The notes under the pieces are model-generated. The model made no database searches. It was not told where the DNA came from and saw only the letters and a program-made list of their open reading frames with translations. Of a stretch of DNA of 64,000 nt, positions 28,051 to 40,720 are shown piece after piece. Position 1 is the first letter of the stretch. Each line of letters begins with the position of its first letter. Source of the DNA: Octopus sinensis (taxonomy: Eukaryota); the NCBI RefSeq assembly GCF_006345805.1, contig NC_043005.1, positions 55,614,001 to 55,678,000 of the forward strand. The letters run 5' to 3'. Position numbers and translations under genes: made by a program.

Positions 28051-29043
28051 GGAGATTAGTTTTTTTCTTTGAAATTAATATTTTTCATTTTCTTTCTTCT
28101 GCTAGCCTATTATGTAGTGGGTTTTTCTCGGAGAATTTATGATGGTAATAGTGTCTTTTGACGTCAATTTTCAGGCGTGGTGAGGCACAAGCCAAGCCCT
28201 TGTTATAATTATGTATATAATTATAAAATATTTATGAGGTTTTAGCTGCCTGGTTTCTTTTATCTCCGCGCTGATTCCTGTAAAAATCCTTAATGATTTA
28301 TACCCTTTATTATTATTATAATTAATATTTGATATATATATATATATATATTAAAATATCCATTTGTTATTATGCACGTCCTCAGTATTTTTATAGGGTG
28401 GGTGTGGGTTAGATTTTATAATTCTTCTAAAAACCGTACTAAAAATTATGAAGTTTTAAAAGTTTCCCAATTTCTAATAAATACTTCTGTAAAGGATAAG
28501 TTGAAAGCATGTTTCTGCATCGTCACATTCTCACTGTTACCCTATACGATTATACATCTGGATCACCAGGTAATATAGAAGCATTGCCCTAGTTTCCATA
28601 CTTATCGTGAGAATGTAGCGGAAACGATCTTTACAATTGACTCAATTGAAAGTTAAACCGGTTCATATACATCGACATCTCTACCATAAACTGATTCAGA
28701 CCGGAAACAGCGGCTAGTGAACGAAAAGTGTAAAGAATGGTTTCCGGTTCTTCCCTGCATTCACTGAGTGAGCAAGTTCCTGTAATATAGAACAAGTTTT
28801 GAGTGCCAAGTGAGTATTAATACAAAGGTGTAATTCCAAACGCTGCAACGCTAAATCTAATGTTGATATTTGCAGCTTTGTTTTAAATAATCACGATTCT
28901 TATGAACATAAACATAAAATTAGCGTTTAATTTCTCAAGGATTGATAAAATAACTTCTATTTATTTATTGATTATTTGTTTATTATTTTCAGGAATATCC
29001 ACAGCTCTTTACGGTATCTAAAGAACATATATAGAACTATATG

Positions 29044-29124
<81 letters not shown>

Positions 29125-29342
29125 TATGTGGTGCGTGTATTAAGTTAGACATGGCCTGGGCCAATAATGGCCGAAACCTATCAAAGTATCAAAGTATATA
29201 TATAAATATATACATATATATATACATATACATATACATATAACATATAACGGGAAGGTTTACGAAAATAAACAAAAGACGAAGGCAGGTGGGTTACAAA
29301 CAAACAATGTATTAGTAGGCGCTCAGGAATAGAAATAAACAA

Positions 29343-29382
29343 ATCTTTTACGTTTCGAGCCTACGCTCTTCGACAGAAAGAT
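29343..29382 (-). ncRNA. Minimal hammerhead-like motif with U at core position 6 (CUGUCGA)
   Basis: AUCUUU-CUGUCGA-A-GAGC-GUAG-GCUC-GAAA-CGUA-AAAGAU, within a ~150-bp repeat at ~29260-29410. Confidence 0.5.
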
Positions 29383-29467
29383 ACACAGAAAAGAAACAAG
29401 GAGAGAAACACGGAGAGAAAAAAAATATATGTATCTATATATATATATATATATATGATATATATAT

Positions 29468-29505
<38 letters not shown>

Positions 29506-29534
29506 CTATACATAGATACTAGAGATACATATAT

Positions 29535-29865
29535 CACGCTGTCCTGTCACTATCTCGCTTGTCATCTCTCATGACTGTGTCTGTCTTTCTCTGCGTTTCC
29601 TTCGCCCCTTTGCTGTCTCTAGCAGAACTACCTGTTGCCAACTCACTCTGTTCCCGACTGACCACAAGCTCACAGCGCGTCGCATTTTAAAGGGTGGTTT
29701 CTTGAACTTTCCCTGACCGTAGGGGCCAAACTGTCACTTCCTAAGTCGTTACTCTTTTCCAGAACATGGCAGAACAAAGGACTATAACTTTACACCGTAG
29801 ACTTCCAGACTACAAACCGAGCAAAGTAGGTCAAGAAGTACTGTCCCTGAACTATTCACAACAAT
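29535..29865 (-). mobile_element. Partial LTR-like sequence related to the 53932 LTR
   Basis: Shares a CTGACCAC...GCATTT(A)TAAAGGGT...TGACCG block with 54690-54770 and ends in TCACAACA. Confidence 0.4.
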
Positions 29866-31250
29866 ATATATACATACCCATACCTAGAAAAAGAGAGAGA
29901 GAAAAGAGAGATACATAGAGAGAGGTTAACAGAATAAAAACGAGACAGGCATAAACTTCACATACAGTTTATTATTTGGTTATGCTCAACAGCTGTTTCA
30001 TCGGCAATAAACATCAATATTGTTATAATTACGGAATTCAAATACATAATTAGTGATTTTAAATAAATATAAAATAAAATTATTCAAGCGTGATGTTTAC
30101 CCAAATCATCGAGAAAATCCTATGTATATACGAGCAAGTTTTGTGCCGCTTAGATTTACTGCAATGGAATAACTTGTTGGAGTTTAACACCCTGTAGTTA
30201 ATCAATCTCTTAATTACCGTGGATATATATTTTTTTATGTATACACATCTATCTATAATACATTAAAAGTCAAATTGAATCTTGCTTGCTTGCTTGCAAT
30301 GTTACTCAGACACACTGGCGCATAATGGGAAAATATTATGAATTAAGTTTCCCCTGAAATGTAAATACGAACGAAATGAAACAAATTTCGCGTAAATCGG
30401 ATAAGTGGTTGTGAAGATGAAGATATTTAAGGTTTCGGGGTATAAATACCCAAAACGGTGCATAATGGGAAAAGTCTCCGAAATTAACTTAATCCTGGAA
30501 GGAAAGTAACTCATACCTTTCAATTAGACAGTGACTTGACAACGAAAAAATACGATTTGTTTTTTTACAGTAAATATTTTTATTTTCACTTTTGTTAAAC
30601 ACAAAACTTTAATCGTATAGAAATATTTTTAAGTTAATATGATTTCAAAAATGTAAGTTGTTGTACAATAAGTATATTATATTTTAGCTTTCTTTAAACA
30701 GACAATATTTTATTGATTTTCAAATTATTTTCAACTGTATACCATAACAAAAATTTTTTGTAGAAAATATTTCGAAAAAGACTCGTTTGTAAACTCGGTG
30801 TGAAGTAATTTTCTTCCATGGGTTTTTCGAGTGCATTCAACGTATCTACTTCCAAAGAATTGGCTGCTATTTCTAGAACGCCCTGCTACCACGAAACTGC
30901 TATTTGCAATAAACGACCCGAAATACCTGTTATGTGGTAGCAAGACGTGCAAGAAATAGCAACCAAATCTTTCCTTTTCTGATGAAGGGAGCCGCTTACG
31001 CGTGATTTCACTGTCGCCTTCGTTAAAAGCATGCAAAATAACCTGGAAAGAAAAAAAACCAACGAAACAAAACTCCGTTGCTGGGAAACTCAGACCTTCC
31101 CACTCACCCAACGGGAAACGGGGAGTCCAGTCAATTTTCTCTTCCTCTCTCTCTCTCTTTCTCTCTCACTCTTTCTCTGACTTTCCATGTGCGTTTGTGT
31201 ATATATATATGTATGTATATATACATATATACGCATACACACACACACAC

Positions 31251-31299
<49 letters not shown>

Positions 31300-31451
31300 G
31301 AAATATGTTTCAAAAAGAAAATAGAAACTACACGTGGAAAAGATATGGGGAAAGTAAGAAGAAAAACGAAATTGCACATTGAATATCAAAAACTAATAGA
31401 GGTATTTTTTATGAAAAGTTGCGATAAATAAATGCAAATAGATGAATGAGA

Positions 31452-31578
31452 TAGAATTAAGAGGAAATAAATTCATTATTTTGAATTGTTCAAAGCCAGT
31501 GAACAGCAATGACGAGACCGGTTTGACTTTGAATTCTTCAACAATTCAAAATAATGAATTTATTTCCTCTTAATTCTA
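31452..31578. repeat. Inverted repeat, 39-bp perfect arms with a 49-bp spacer
   Basis: 31452-31490 is the exact reverse complement of 31540-31578. Confidence 0.92.
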
Positions 31579-31708
31579 CCCCAGTTATCTAATTGTATTA
31601 TTTAGCGCTACTTTTCATAAAAAATCCTTCATATTTTTTTTTTATATTCAATGAGCATTTTCGCTTTTTTCTTCTAACTTACCCCATATATACGTGTGTG
31701 TGTGTGTG

Positions 31709-31744
<36 letters not shown>

Positions 31745-31749
<5 letters not shown>

Positions 31750-32142
31750 CAAAAAGAGATAACAAATCCAAGGCTGTGAGGAATTTTCAGGAAATTTTAA
31801 GGAAAGAGATATAGATAATGGTTTACAGCTGTTTCTGGGATATTATAGATATCCCTTCATCAGAGACGATGTAAGATGGTTAAAAAGAGGTAAATGTTTG
31901 AGTTCGAAATAAGGAATTTTTGTGGAAAAGGTAGGAGATAGGGAATATAGAGGGAAATAAGAGAATGAAAGTAGAAGTAAAATATAAAACATTCTAGTTA
32001 CAGTTACAGTATTCGAGTAAAACAGTGTATAGAAGTGGTAAAAAGTTCCTTGTACATGGTAAGTTCCAATAGTAGTTCATGTTTAGTCATTTCTAAATAT
32101 GGAGCCGTGAATTCTGTGTTGCTCATTCGAAGGGGCTTTGTG
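31745..32142 (-). mobile_element. Penelope-like element (PLE) 3' fragment with pseudo-LTR
   Basis: Degraded coding-like end (KPLRMSNTEFTAP...) followed by an AT-rich UTR that contains a hammerhead core. Confidence 0.55.
31821..31866 (-). ncRNA. PLE pseudo-LTR hammerhead motif (helix I degraded)
   Basis: CUGAUGA-A-GGGAUAU/AUAUCCC-A-GAAAC-AGCU-GUA, with palindromic ACAGCUGU. Confidence 0.6.
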
Positions 32143-32256
32143 GTGTGAATATATATATTATATATATATGTGTGTGTGTGTGTGTGCGTGTGTATAATAA
32201 TAATAATAATATTTATTTTTATGTGCCTATTTATTTATTTTTTATGATAATAATTA

Positions 32257-32311
<55 letters not shown>

Positions 32312-32436
32312 ATGTATGTATATACGTATAGACACATATATGTATATTTTTATGTATAGACACATATATGTATATATATATATACATATATACATATACG
32401 CAAACATTCACATATATGTGTGTGTGTGTATATATA

Positions 32437-32472
<36 letters not shown>

Positions 32473-33046
32473 TGTATGTATGTATGTATGTATGTATGTA
32501 TGTATGTATGTATGTATGTATGTATGTGTGTGTGTGTGTATATGTATGTATATGTATTTATGTATTTAGCAGAAGGAAAACTCTGGCGTAACGCCCGCGT
32601 GTAAGTATTTCATATATTTCTTATCGTGTTATCAACTGAAGAGGGAAAAATCCATAGGATTAATCCCGAAATTGATTCAATATAGAAATAACGAACTTTT
32701 TAAAAATAATTCTGTTGGCTAGTTTCCCCGATTTCACCACGACGTGCATTTATAGTGTATAATGATATGTGGAAATTGACGATTTAAAGTCTGTTATCAG
32801 CATATTGGGATGGAAATAATTTTTCTTTTGCCCTTGTTTATAAGTTGTTTATAATTTTAACCTTTAAAGGTATTTTAATATGCTACCACTTTTTGATGAA
32901 ATTTTTTCTGAAAAAAATTTCATTCTATATTAGTATATATATATATATATATGAGTTGCATAATAGTGGTTTTATCTCTAATTTATATTATATTATATAT
33001 ATATATATAAATCAAATAAAATCAAAAGCAGAACACAAAGGATGTC

Positions 33047-33137
33047 GCGGTACACGTGTTTCAAGCTTTATAAACGACATGTTCTTACATCAGTGTATAA
33101 TAGATATAAAAGATAGTTTAAAGCTCTCTTCAGCCGC
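33047..33137 (-). ncRNA. Type I hammerhead ribozyme with extended helix II (inverted partner)
   Basis: GCGG-CUGAAGA-G-AGCUUU...AAAGCU-U-GAAAC-ACGU-GUA/CCGC. ACACGUGU is palindromic. Confidence 0.75.
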
Positions 33138-33361
33138 ATGCATTGTTATTCCAAAGAGTTACATCACACTATAAAAAATATGAAAAGTACTTGTAGTATT
33201 ACTCCTATTTAGTTATGAAATTTTACACATACACTTTCTCAGGGAGATATGATATACCTATTATTATGGGTAATACTACATGTACTTTTCATATTTTTTA
33301 TAATGTGATTTTTTTAATAGTTTTTTATAGTGTGATATAACTCTTTGGAATAACAATGCAT

Positions 33362-33452
33362 GCGGCTGAAGAGAGCTTTAAACCATCTTTTATATCTATT
33401 ATACGCTGATGTAAGTACATATCGTTTATAAAGCTTGAAACACGCGTACCGC
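33362..33452 (+). ncRNA. Type I hammerhead ribozyme with extended helix II
   Basis: GCGG-CUGAAGA-G-AGCUUU...AAAGCU-U-GAAAC-ACGC-GUA/CCGC. Predicted cleavage after 33448. Confidence 0.75.
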
Positions 33453-33565
33453 GACATCCTTTGTGTTCTCTTTTTGGTTTTATTTGATATAATCCCTTTC
33501 ACCTCTGCCACTAGCTGGCGTATACAGGTGCTTACACTTATCAAGTATTCACCCTAAATTTGCAG

Positions 33566-33614
<49 letters not shown>

Positions 33615-33701
33615 GGAGAATTCACAAAAAAACAAAAGACGAAGACAGGTGGTGTAGACAACAAACAGATGTATTAGTTTAACGCTTGAGAAGTGAAAAA
33701 G

Positions 33702-33740
33702 TCTTTTAACGTTTCGAGCCTACGCTCTTCCACAGAAAGA
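33702..33740 (-). ncRNA. Second copy of the U6-variant hammerhead-like motif (CUGUGGA)
   Basis: CUUU-CUGUGGA-A-GAGC-GUAG-GCUC-GAAA-CGUU-AAAAG, within a homologous repeat at ~33612-33760. Confidence 0.45.
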
Positions 33741-33989
33741 AACAGTGAGAGAAAATAAAGAATGTATATATACGACGGGCTTCTTTCAGTTTCCGTCTGC
33801 CATATCCACTCACAAGGCTTTGGTCGGCGACCCAAAACTATAGTACAAGACACTTGCCCAATGTGCCACGCAGTTGGACTGAGTTCGGTACCTTGTAGTC
33901 GGAAAGCAAAGTTCTTACCACACAGCCACGCCTCCTTTGACAGGTTTTTTTTATTCTACAGGACTCCAACGAAATCCACCGTCGTTACC

Positions 33990-35393
33990 AGGCAGATTTA
34001 GCAATTTCCTGTTCTTCTATTGCAAATGCATAGACTTCGAAATACGATGTGATCAAGTGGTTACGAGTCCAAAAGAGGCTTCGTATCATGTCGATATTAC
34101 TGACGGTATTTACTGTCATTCTCAAGCCTCTGAAAGCATACCTCTGCATAGTCTAGTTTTTAGTATGCTGAGCTTTTCCCAACGTGGTCTTCGCTGAGGT
34201 ATGTTAGTCCGGGTTGGTTTTGGGTTATATGGGAGATCATCAGGAAAAGTGTGCTTCCTGAGGATCTCACTTCCGACACTTAGGATATTGTTCTCTTCAC
34301 TTTCAGCACTAAGTATATATCCTGTTGTCAATTTACTGTTGCTGTTGTTGTGCAGCAAGTGCTGCCTGAGAGATACTATACGACATTCGAAAGCTCTCTG
34401 CACTGGTTTTAAGCCTCTGCCTCCTTTTCCTCTTCTTAGGTAGATCCGGATGATATCACTATTTCTGTAATTATTTCCACTTGATGCCAGAGTCTTGCGG
34501 GTTTTAACGTCTATGGAGCGGATTTCTTCTGCAGACCAGTCAAGAATTCCCAAATGTTTGGATCAGCACTGGTTCTTTTAAGTTTGGCATAATATTTTTG
34601 GGTCACTCTATCTATATTCAAAGTACCTTCGTATGATTTCATCAATGCCTAGGTACTTGCAGAATTCTTTGTGTGAGACAGGAGAGATGGTCACATTATT
34701 GACGCACGTGTTTTGGGTCCGAGGGATTGATTTTCCACGTTCAACAATCAAATATGAACATTTCTTTTGACCAAATTCCATTCTTATGTCAGCTGAAAGT
34801 ACCGTTGCTTTTTGGCATTGTTAATATAAATCTTGAGGTTAACCACAAAGAAATTATGGGTTATCCCTAACATGTAGCCATTTGATTTTGTAGCAGGAAT
34901 GATCATGGATTAATGCCAAAAGGAACAGAATTGCAAAGAGAGACTATTTCCTTGGACTAGTCCCTTTTAAATATTTATAACATTGCAGACGATCGCTCTG
35001 CTCTCGGTTCTAAGAGTAAAAATTGTTGTTTAGGTCTTTATGATCTTCGCAATAGCAGCTGTAAAGGTAGCATGCACTTTAGCCAAATGTAGACACTTCA
35101 ACAGCCTTGAGTGGAGAATAGAGTCAAACACCTTCTTATAATCAAGCCATACTGTTGCAAGGCTCCAACAGGGTTTTCTTTCACTTCAAACAGTACAGCT
35201 TTTTTTATTTAATGTTGTTTGGTACATACCCATACTCCTTTCTTTCCACTCACTAGCTCATCATCCACTATGTTGTTGGAATCACAATGACCCCGGAGGA
35301 ATTGGTTAAGGCAGCTACAGTACAGGTTGCACATAATGTATGGGTAAGCAATGGGTCTAAAGTTTTCTGCCAACTCCGTAGGTTCATTCTTGG

Positions 35394-35394
<1 letters not shown>
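33990..35394 (-). mobile_element. R4/Dong-clade LINE fragment (RT domain and downstream region), degraded
   Basis: Minus-strand translations ENFRPIAY, DYKKVFDSILHS and GILDWSAEEIRSIDVKTRKTL...RIYLRRGKGGRGL resemble R4/Dong proteins. Multiple stops and frameshifts. Confidence 0.8.
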
Positions 35395-35452
<58 letters not shown>

Positions 35453-35453
<1 letters not shown>

Positions 35454-35789
35454 GTCATTCAGTTTTATTTCAGGATTTCTTGACAATAGAGAAAGAGCTC
35501 CTTCGTTGGAATTTCAACATCAACAACAGAGTATTTTTGTGTGTATGTATGTATATATACAAATTTGTATGCTTTGTTTTATGTATTTATTCTCATGCAT
35601 ATAGTTGCATATCTAGACATGTTCATATATATTTGAATGATAAACTTCTGGAAAGTTTTACAGATTTTTACAGTTCCAGTGATTGATTGGATCTGTAGTC
35701 TTTGAATTCTCCTTTCTGGTTTTGAGAAGCCTAATTTCTCAAGATTGTTATTTAGGCAGTGTGTTACATATCCCAGGGCCCCAATAATT
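35453..35789 (-). mobile_element. 5'-truncated R4/Dong-clade LINE 3' end flanked by (TACA)n on both sides
   Basis: IIGALGYVTHCLNNNLEKLGFSKPERR..QIQSITGTVKICKTF resembles the C-terminus of the restriction-like endonuclease. A 3'UTR with AATAAA (35463-35468) runs into (TACA)n at 35395-35452, and (TACA)n at 35790-35858 lies on the 5' side. Confidence 0.8.
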
Positions 35790-35939
35790 ATGTATGTATG
35801 TATGTATGTATGTATGTATGTATGTATGTATGTATGTATGTATGTATGTATGTATGTATAAATATATGTTTGTGTATTAACGCGTGATTTTATAAAGGCA
35901 GTAAGACCAACTGAGGTCATTGGAATATAGGAGTTGTAT

Positions 35940-35971
<32 letters not shown>

Positions 35972-37637
35972 TGTATGTATGTATGTATGTATGTATGTGT
36001 GTATGTATGTATATGTATATGTTTGTATATGTGCGCATGTGTGTGTGTGTGTCTGTATAATAATGCATATATGCTGTGTATGTGTGAATGTGAGTTTCGA
36101 CATTGTAACTGGGTTGATCAGGATCGATGGTTCTAATCTTGACAAGATTCTGGGAGAGTAGGCAGTAGTTCTATCCACGCAGCCGACCAACTAAATATCT
36201 CATGCGATTTTGTCTCTTAACGCTGCACGACAACGATTATCTACAGTGAAATGAGTCGGCTTGCATGAGGCACTTAAAAATATGTTTAACTCATCATCAG
36301 ACAGTAAAATGATATTGTTGCTCATTCCTGTTTGGTCGTTCACCTTCGCAATAAAACTTTGAATATTGATTATGAGAACAATGTTTTAATAATCGATATT
36401 GTCCTCTTTCTGTGATGCTTCAAGTGTTTGGCATAAAAAAGTAGTCACATGTTCTGTAATCTATACCACCCACATACGGCAAGTTTCTTGTGTTTCAGCT
36501 GTCAGATGTTTTAATATTCATTAAACTTCTGTTTTATTGATATCAGTGAGGTTGTATTAGTTTGTCTAGTAGTATTTTTTTGCTTTATTTTGTTTTTGGT
36601 TTTGTTTTAGCTTTTGTTTTTTTGTTTTGTTTTTTTTACCGAAATTAGCTTTACGTTCTGTGATATGATCAGCGCTGGGTTACTCATTAAGCAAAATAAG
36701 CACCTGCTGAGGGCATCAAGAGAAGTGGAGTACCACAGAAATGGTAAATGGCTTACGGCACAAAAGAAATTCCATAAAACTTGCTCAAATAAAATTCGAA
36801 GTGGTTTATATGACCGGAAATATAATTTCGAAGTGTTCATGGTGTCATAGTGAGGATCTGATCAAATACTTTGCAGTCAATAATGTATGAAAAACTTTTC
36901 AAGTATAAATAGATTGGAAGTACGGAAAAATAAATATTTTCCATCTTATTGTTAGGCTTGTTTCATTTTGAAAAATATAATCCTATTTTATGGTTTATCA
37001 TTGTTTATATCTTGAATTACACATATATGGGAGGCACCAAAATCTTAAAAGTGCTTAGGACTTCTATGGATCTTAATCCGGCCCTGGATATGATGGGAGA
37101 GCGTTTTGTTCTATAGAAAACTCTTAACATTTATTGATACAGCACGATTAGATAACGTTTGAACTATCAGAGTCACCAGTAATTTCAGATGCAGTTAAAA
37201 GCGGAAACACAATTTTCTTTACATTGCAGTATAGTCACATTTCACTATGTGAAGAAAGTTTTAACCTGAATGTAAAGTTTTAACCTTCCAAGCGGAGAGT
37301 TCAGAACTCATTAGCTATTACCTTGTCATTATTTTATATGTTATCACCAATGTTCCTCGACGACCTTTCGAAAATGTATGTAACTTGTTTGTAACATCCA
37401 TGTGTAAATATATACCCATGTATAAATATGTCCCCATGTAAATATGCATATGTTTTGGAAGATTTGAATACATATAAATCTATAACAATCTGGAATAAAG
37501 ACTGAATTCATTGACATGTTATATGTTTTATGAGTAATCAAAGTTGTATAATATTTTGGTAGTGATAGAAATAATTTTCTTATTTCCCTATTATTTTGGC
37601 ATTTTTGTTTACAGCCTTATTAACAACTTTCATCATG

Positions 37638-38207
37638 TATTGGGTTGTCCGGAAAGTTCGTGCCGATTTATAGTAGCTTACCTTTCGACTTATTTTCGAA
37701 CATGGTTGAGTCCATAAAATAGGATTTGACTACACCTCCATTTAGAGCACAGTTTAAGCTATCTTTTCGTGGAAGAAGGTTTATGTTCCTACAACCTGTG
37801 TTAATTCTGTAACCCTTTAAAATGGAAGATAAGAAAGTTCATTTTCGGCACTTAATGCTTTGGGAACCAGACAAAAATTGCTGCAACTCGGCTGGGATGT
37901 GTGATCCCACCCTCCATATTCACCAGATATTGCTCCTTCGGATTTCCACTTATTCAGGTCTCTGCAGAATAGTCTTAAGGGTAAAAATTTCAATTCCTTG
38001 GATGACGTAAAAAGATACCTTGATGAATTCTTTGCCATAAAACCACCTCAATTCTGGGAAGAGGGTGTTTTCAAGTTAAAGGAAAGATGAAGACGCATTG
38101 TGCAACAAAATGGCTCATATTTGGTTTATTAAAAATGTAATGGCAAGTATTTATTGACCTTTTTCTTTCATTTAAAAATCGGCACGAACTTTCCGGATAA
38201 CACAGTA
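37638..38207 (+). mobile_element. Second copy of the same mariner deletion derivative
   Basis: Highly similar to 9589-10160, with the same deletion junction (GCTTTGGGAACCAGAC). Confidence 0.9.
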
Positions 38208-38651
38208 CATCAGTGTGTCTCACCCTTTTTACCCTTGCGTAACCCTTAGAATAAATAACATGTCTCAAGGAACCCCTACACAAAACAAAATTATACATCA
38301 TATCTTTCTCATATTTTTTCATCGTAGTTCACATGGTAAATATCATATATATGTGTTATATCTTTTTGATATCATAATAGGTTAGATAGGATGATGCCTA
38401 TATTACAATATTACAATAACCAAAATGTTGTGCATGTATATGTTGTGCATGTAATATTACGATTATGAAATTAGCATTAGCTTATCTCACTCTTTCTCGC
38501 GGAACCCCTAGGAAACTTTTGCGGAACCCTAAGGTTCTGGGAAGCCCCGGTTGAAAAACACCGATGTACATTTTTCAACAATTGCTCCGCGAACTCTAGT
38601 ATTATCGGGTACTCTAGTATTATAACAGTTCGAAAGTTGTTACATCACACA

Positions 38652-38728
<77 letters not shown>

Positions 38729-38989
38729 ACACACGTAATATTTTATTGTTTGTAGCCAATTCTGTTTGTAACCAGCAATGTTTGTAGCATTTAAGCTAAC
38801 ACCATTTCCGATTGTAACACTTGACTGTCTGTAACCAACAGTTTGCAACCAACACTGCCTGCATATCATATAAACTATTTGTAAGACTTGTCTGTCACAC
38901 TTTACAGTCTATAACACAACACATACTGTAAAGGTATACTGAGTCCCACTTCACTCAGACTGTAACACCATACGAACTGTAACGTAACA

Positions 38990-40720
38990 CCCAGTGGCGA
39001 AGCTATAGTGTGCCACCCAGCCTATTTTGGAATTTGCCTCGGCAACCAACATAAATGTGTCATAAATGTGAGGAAATGCTTCGCGACTGGACGAAAGGAA
39101 AATGAAAGGGCCTGCCGTTTGGAGTTCCTATGGTTTGGCGAGACCCCAGGGACCACACAAGCCACTGTTATTTTATATGTTCAACACAAAATATGTTGGC
39201 AAGAAAAATAGGTGTAAAGTATCTTACCCCAATATTCTTTCGGCAAGTAAACCTATTATGCACTCTGAGACACCCCCCAATTCCAGTTTTCCTTTGTTAC
39301 CTCTTCCTAAGATGAAGCTAAGGAACAAGAGTACGAGGTTGATAACGAAGATCAATAAATTATTTAAGAATTCTAAGACCCCTTTGATGGTACCGAAAAA
39401 TCAATTCCTCAACAGTTTAGCCAAACAGAACGGAATGATTTAGTTCGTGATTTGGAACTCTCCAAGGCTGCAGCTGAGATTCTCGCGTCCGGACTGCAAG
39501 TAAAACATCTATTTAACCAAACTGAAAAAGTTTCTTTTTTGAAAGCGAGACCAGATTCTTCTGTCGTTTTTTTTTTTTTGTTTTGCTTTGTTTTTCAGAA
39601 GAAAAACGTTTTGTTTACTACCACGATATTCCCGGTCTTCTCCAGGAATTAGGAATCCCCTCGCACAGTTCAACTTACTGGTGACTATTTCTAGACAGTT
39701 CGAAGCGCCGCTTAAAGTGTGTTCTCCTACACAACAGCAATGCTTATGGAGCTGTCTCGGTTAGTCACTCAGTGGGTTTGTAAAAAGAATACAATGCCAT
39801 AGAAATGGTTATTGACCAACTAAAATATCATGAGCACAACTGGACCGTTAGTGTAGATTTGGAAGGGGTCAATTTCCTCCTCGACCAACAGAAAGGTTTC
39901 ACAAAGTATCCTTGCTATCTCTGCATGTGAGACAGCCGAGCTCGAGAGAAAAACTAGATTCAGAAGAAGTAGTCCATTTGTGAGACTCTGAAAACAGGCA
40001 TGTCCAAATATTGTGAGTGATCCAACTGTCAGCCAAGAAAAATTGTTTTCCCACCACTCCATATAAAGCTTGGCTTGATCAAGCAATTCACTAAGGTGAT
40101 GAAGGTTTTCAACATATGGTCTCTGAATTTCCTGGTTTGTCATTTTTGAAGAACAAAGCAGGTGTGTTTGACGGACTCAGATTCGTACCCTTGTACATGA
40201 CGAGGAATTTGTCGGAAAGATGAATGACAAGACAAGAGCAGCATGGTTGTCATTCGTAGTAGTCATAAAAAGTTTTCTTGCAAACAGAAAAGTAGAGGAC
40301 TATGAAATTTCTTGTAAATAATATGCTGTCGGCTTTCTGTGATCTTGGGTGCAACATGAGAGTTAAATTCCACTTCCTGCATAGTCATCTCGATCAATTC
40401 CTTGAAAACCTTGAAGGTGTAAGTGATGAACAATGGAAGAGCGTTATCAAGAACGATAGGATAAAAACATGATGGCAGACTACTGCTAGAATATTAAACG
40501 AGTTCTCCCTGTGTAAGTCTTCAAGCGCAAATTCTTGCCTGAATAAGATCTATTTGTGTTTTATCTTCCATCCTAATCAGTTTCTCAACTATGTACACCT
40601 ATCTTTGTATATAATATATATTTTCAACTGAAAAGTAGATGGCAAAAAAATACTGGTACGTGATAACATTTATTTTACTCAGAATCAAAATCAGAAATAT
40701 CTTTATAGCCTAATTCTTTT
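38990..40720 (+). mobile_element. Chapaev3-like (CMC superfamily) DNA transposon, degraded
   Basis: AYFG, LPFGVPMVWRDPRDHTSHCYF, SYPNILSASKP, VDL..VNFLLDQQKGFTKYPCYLC, PPLHIKLGLIKQF, AGVFDG, LGCNMRVKFHFLHSHLDQF..NL..VSDEQ and MMADYC motifs across frames. Confidence 0.8.

Larger units (their letters stand above)
33011..33488. mobile_element. Foldback element (~190-bp arms, 67-bp spacer) carrying an intact-looking hammerhead on each strand
   Basis: Arms 33011-33202 and 33270-33488 are reverse complements. The right arm has a short internal duplication. Confidence 0.9.

Noticed and set aside
29150-29185. GGCC-AATAAT-GGCC-GAAAC hairpin resembling hammerhead helix II
   Set aside because: The CUGANGA core is incomplete and there is no helix I, so it cannot be supported.
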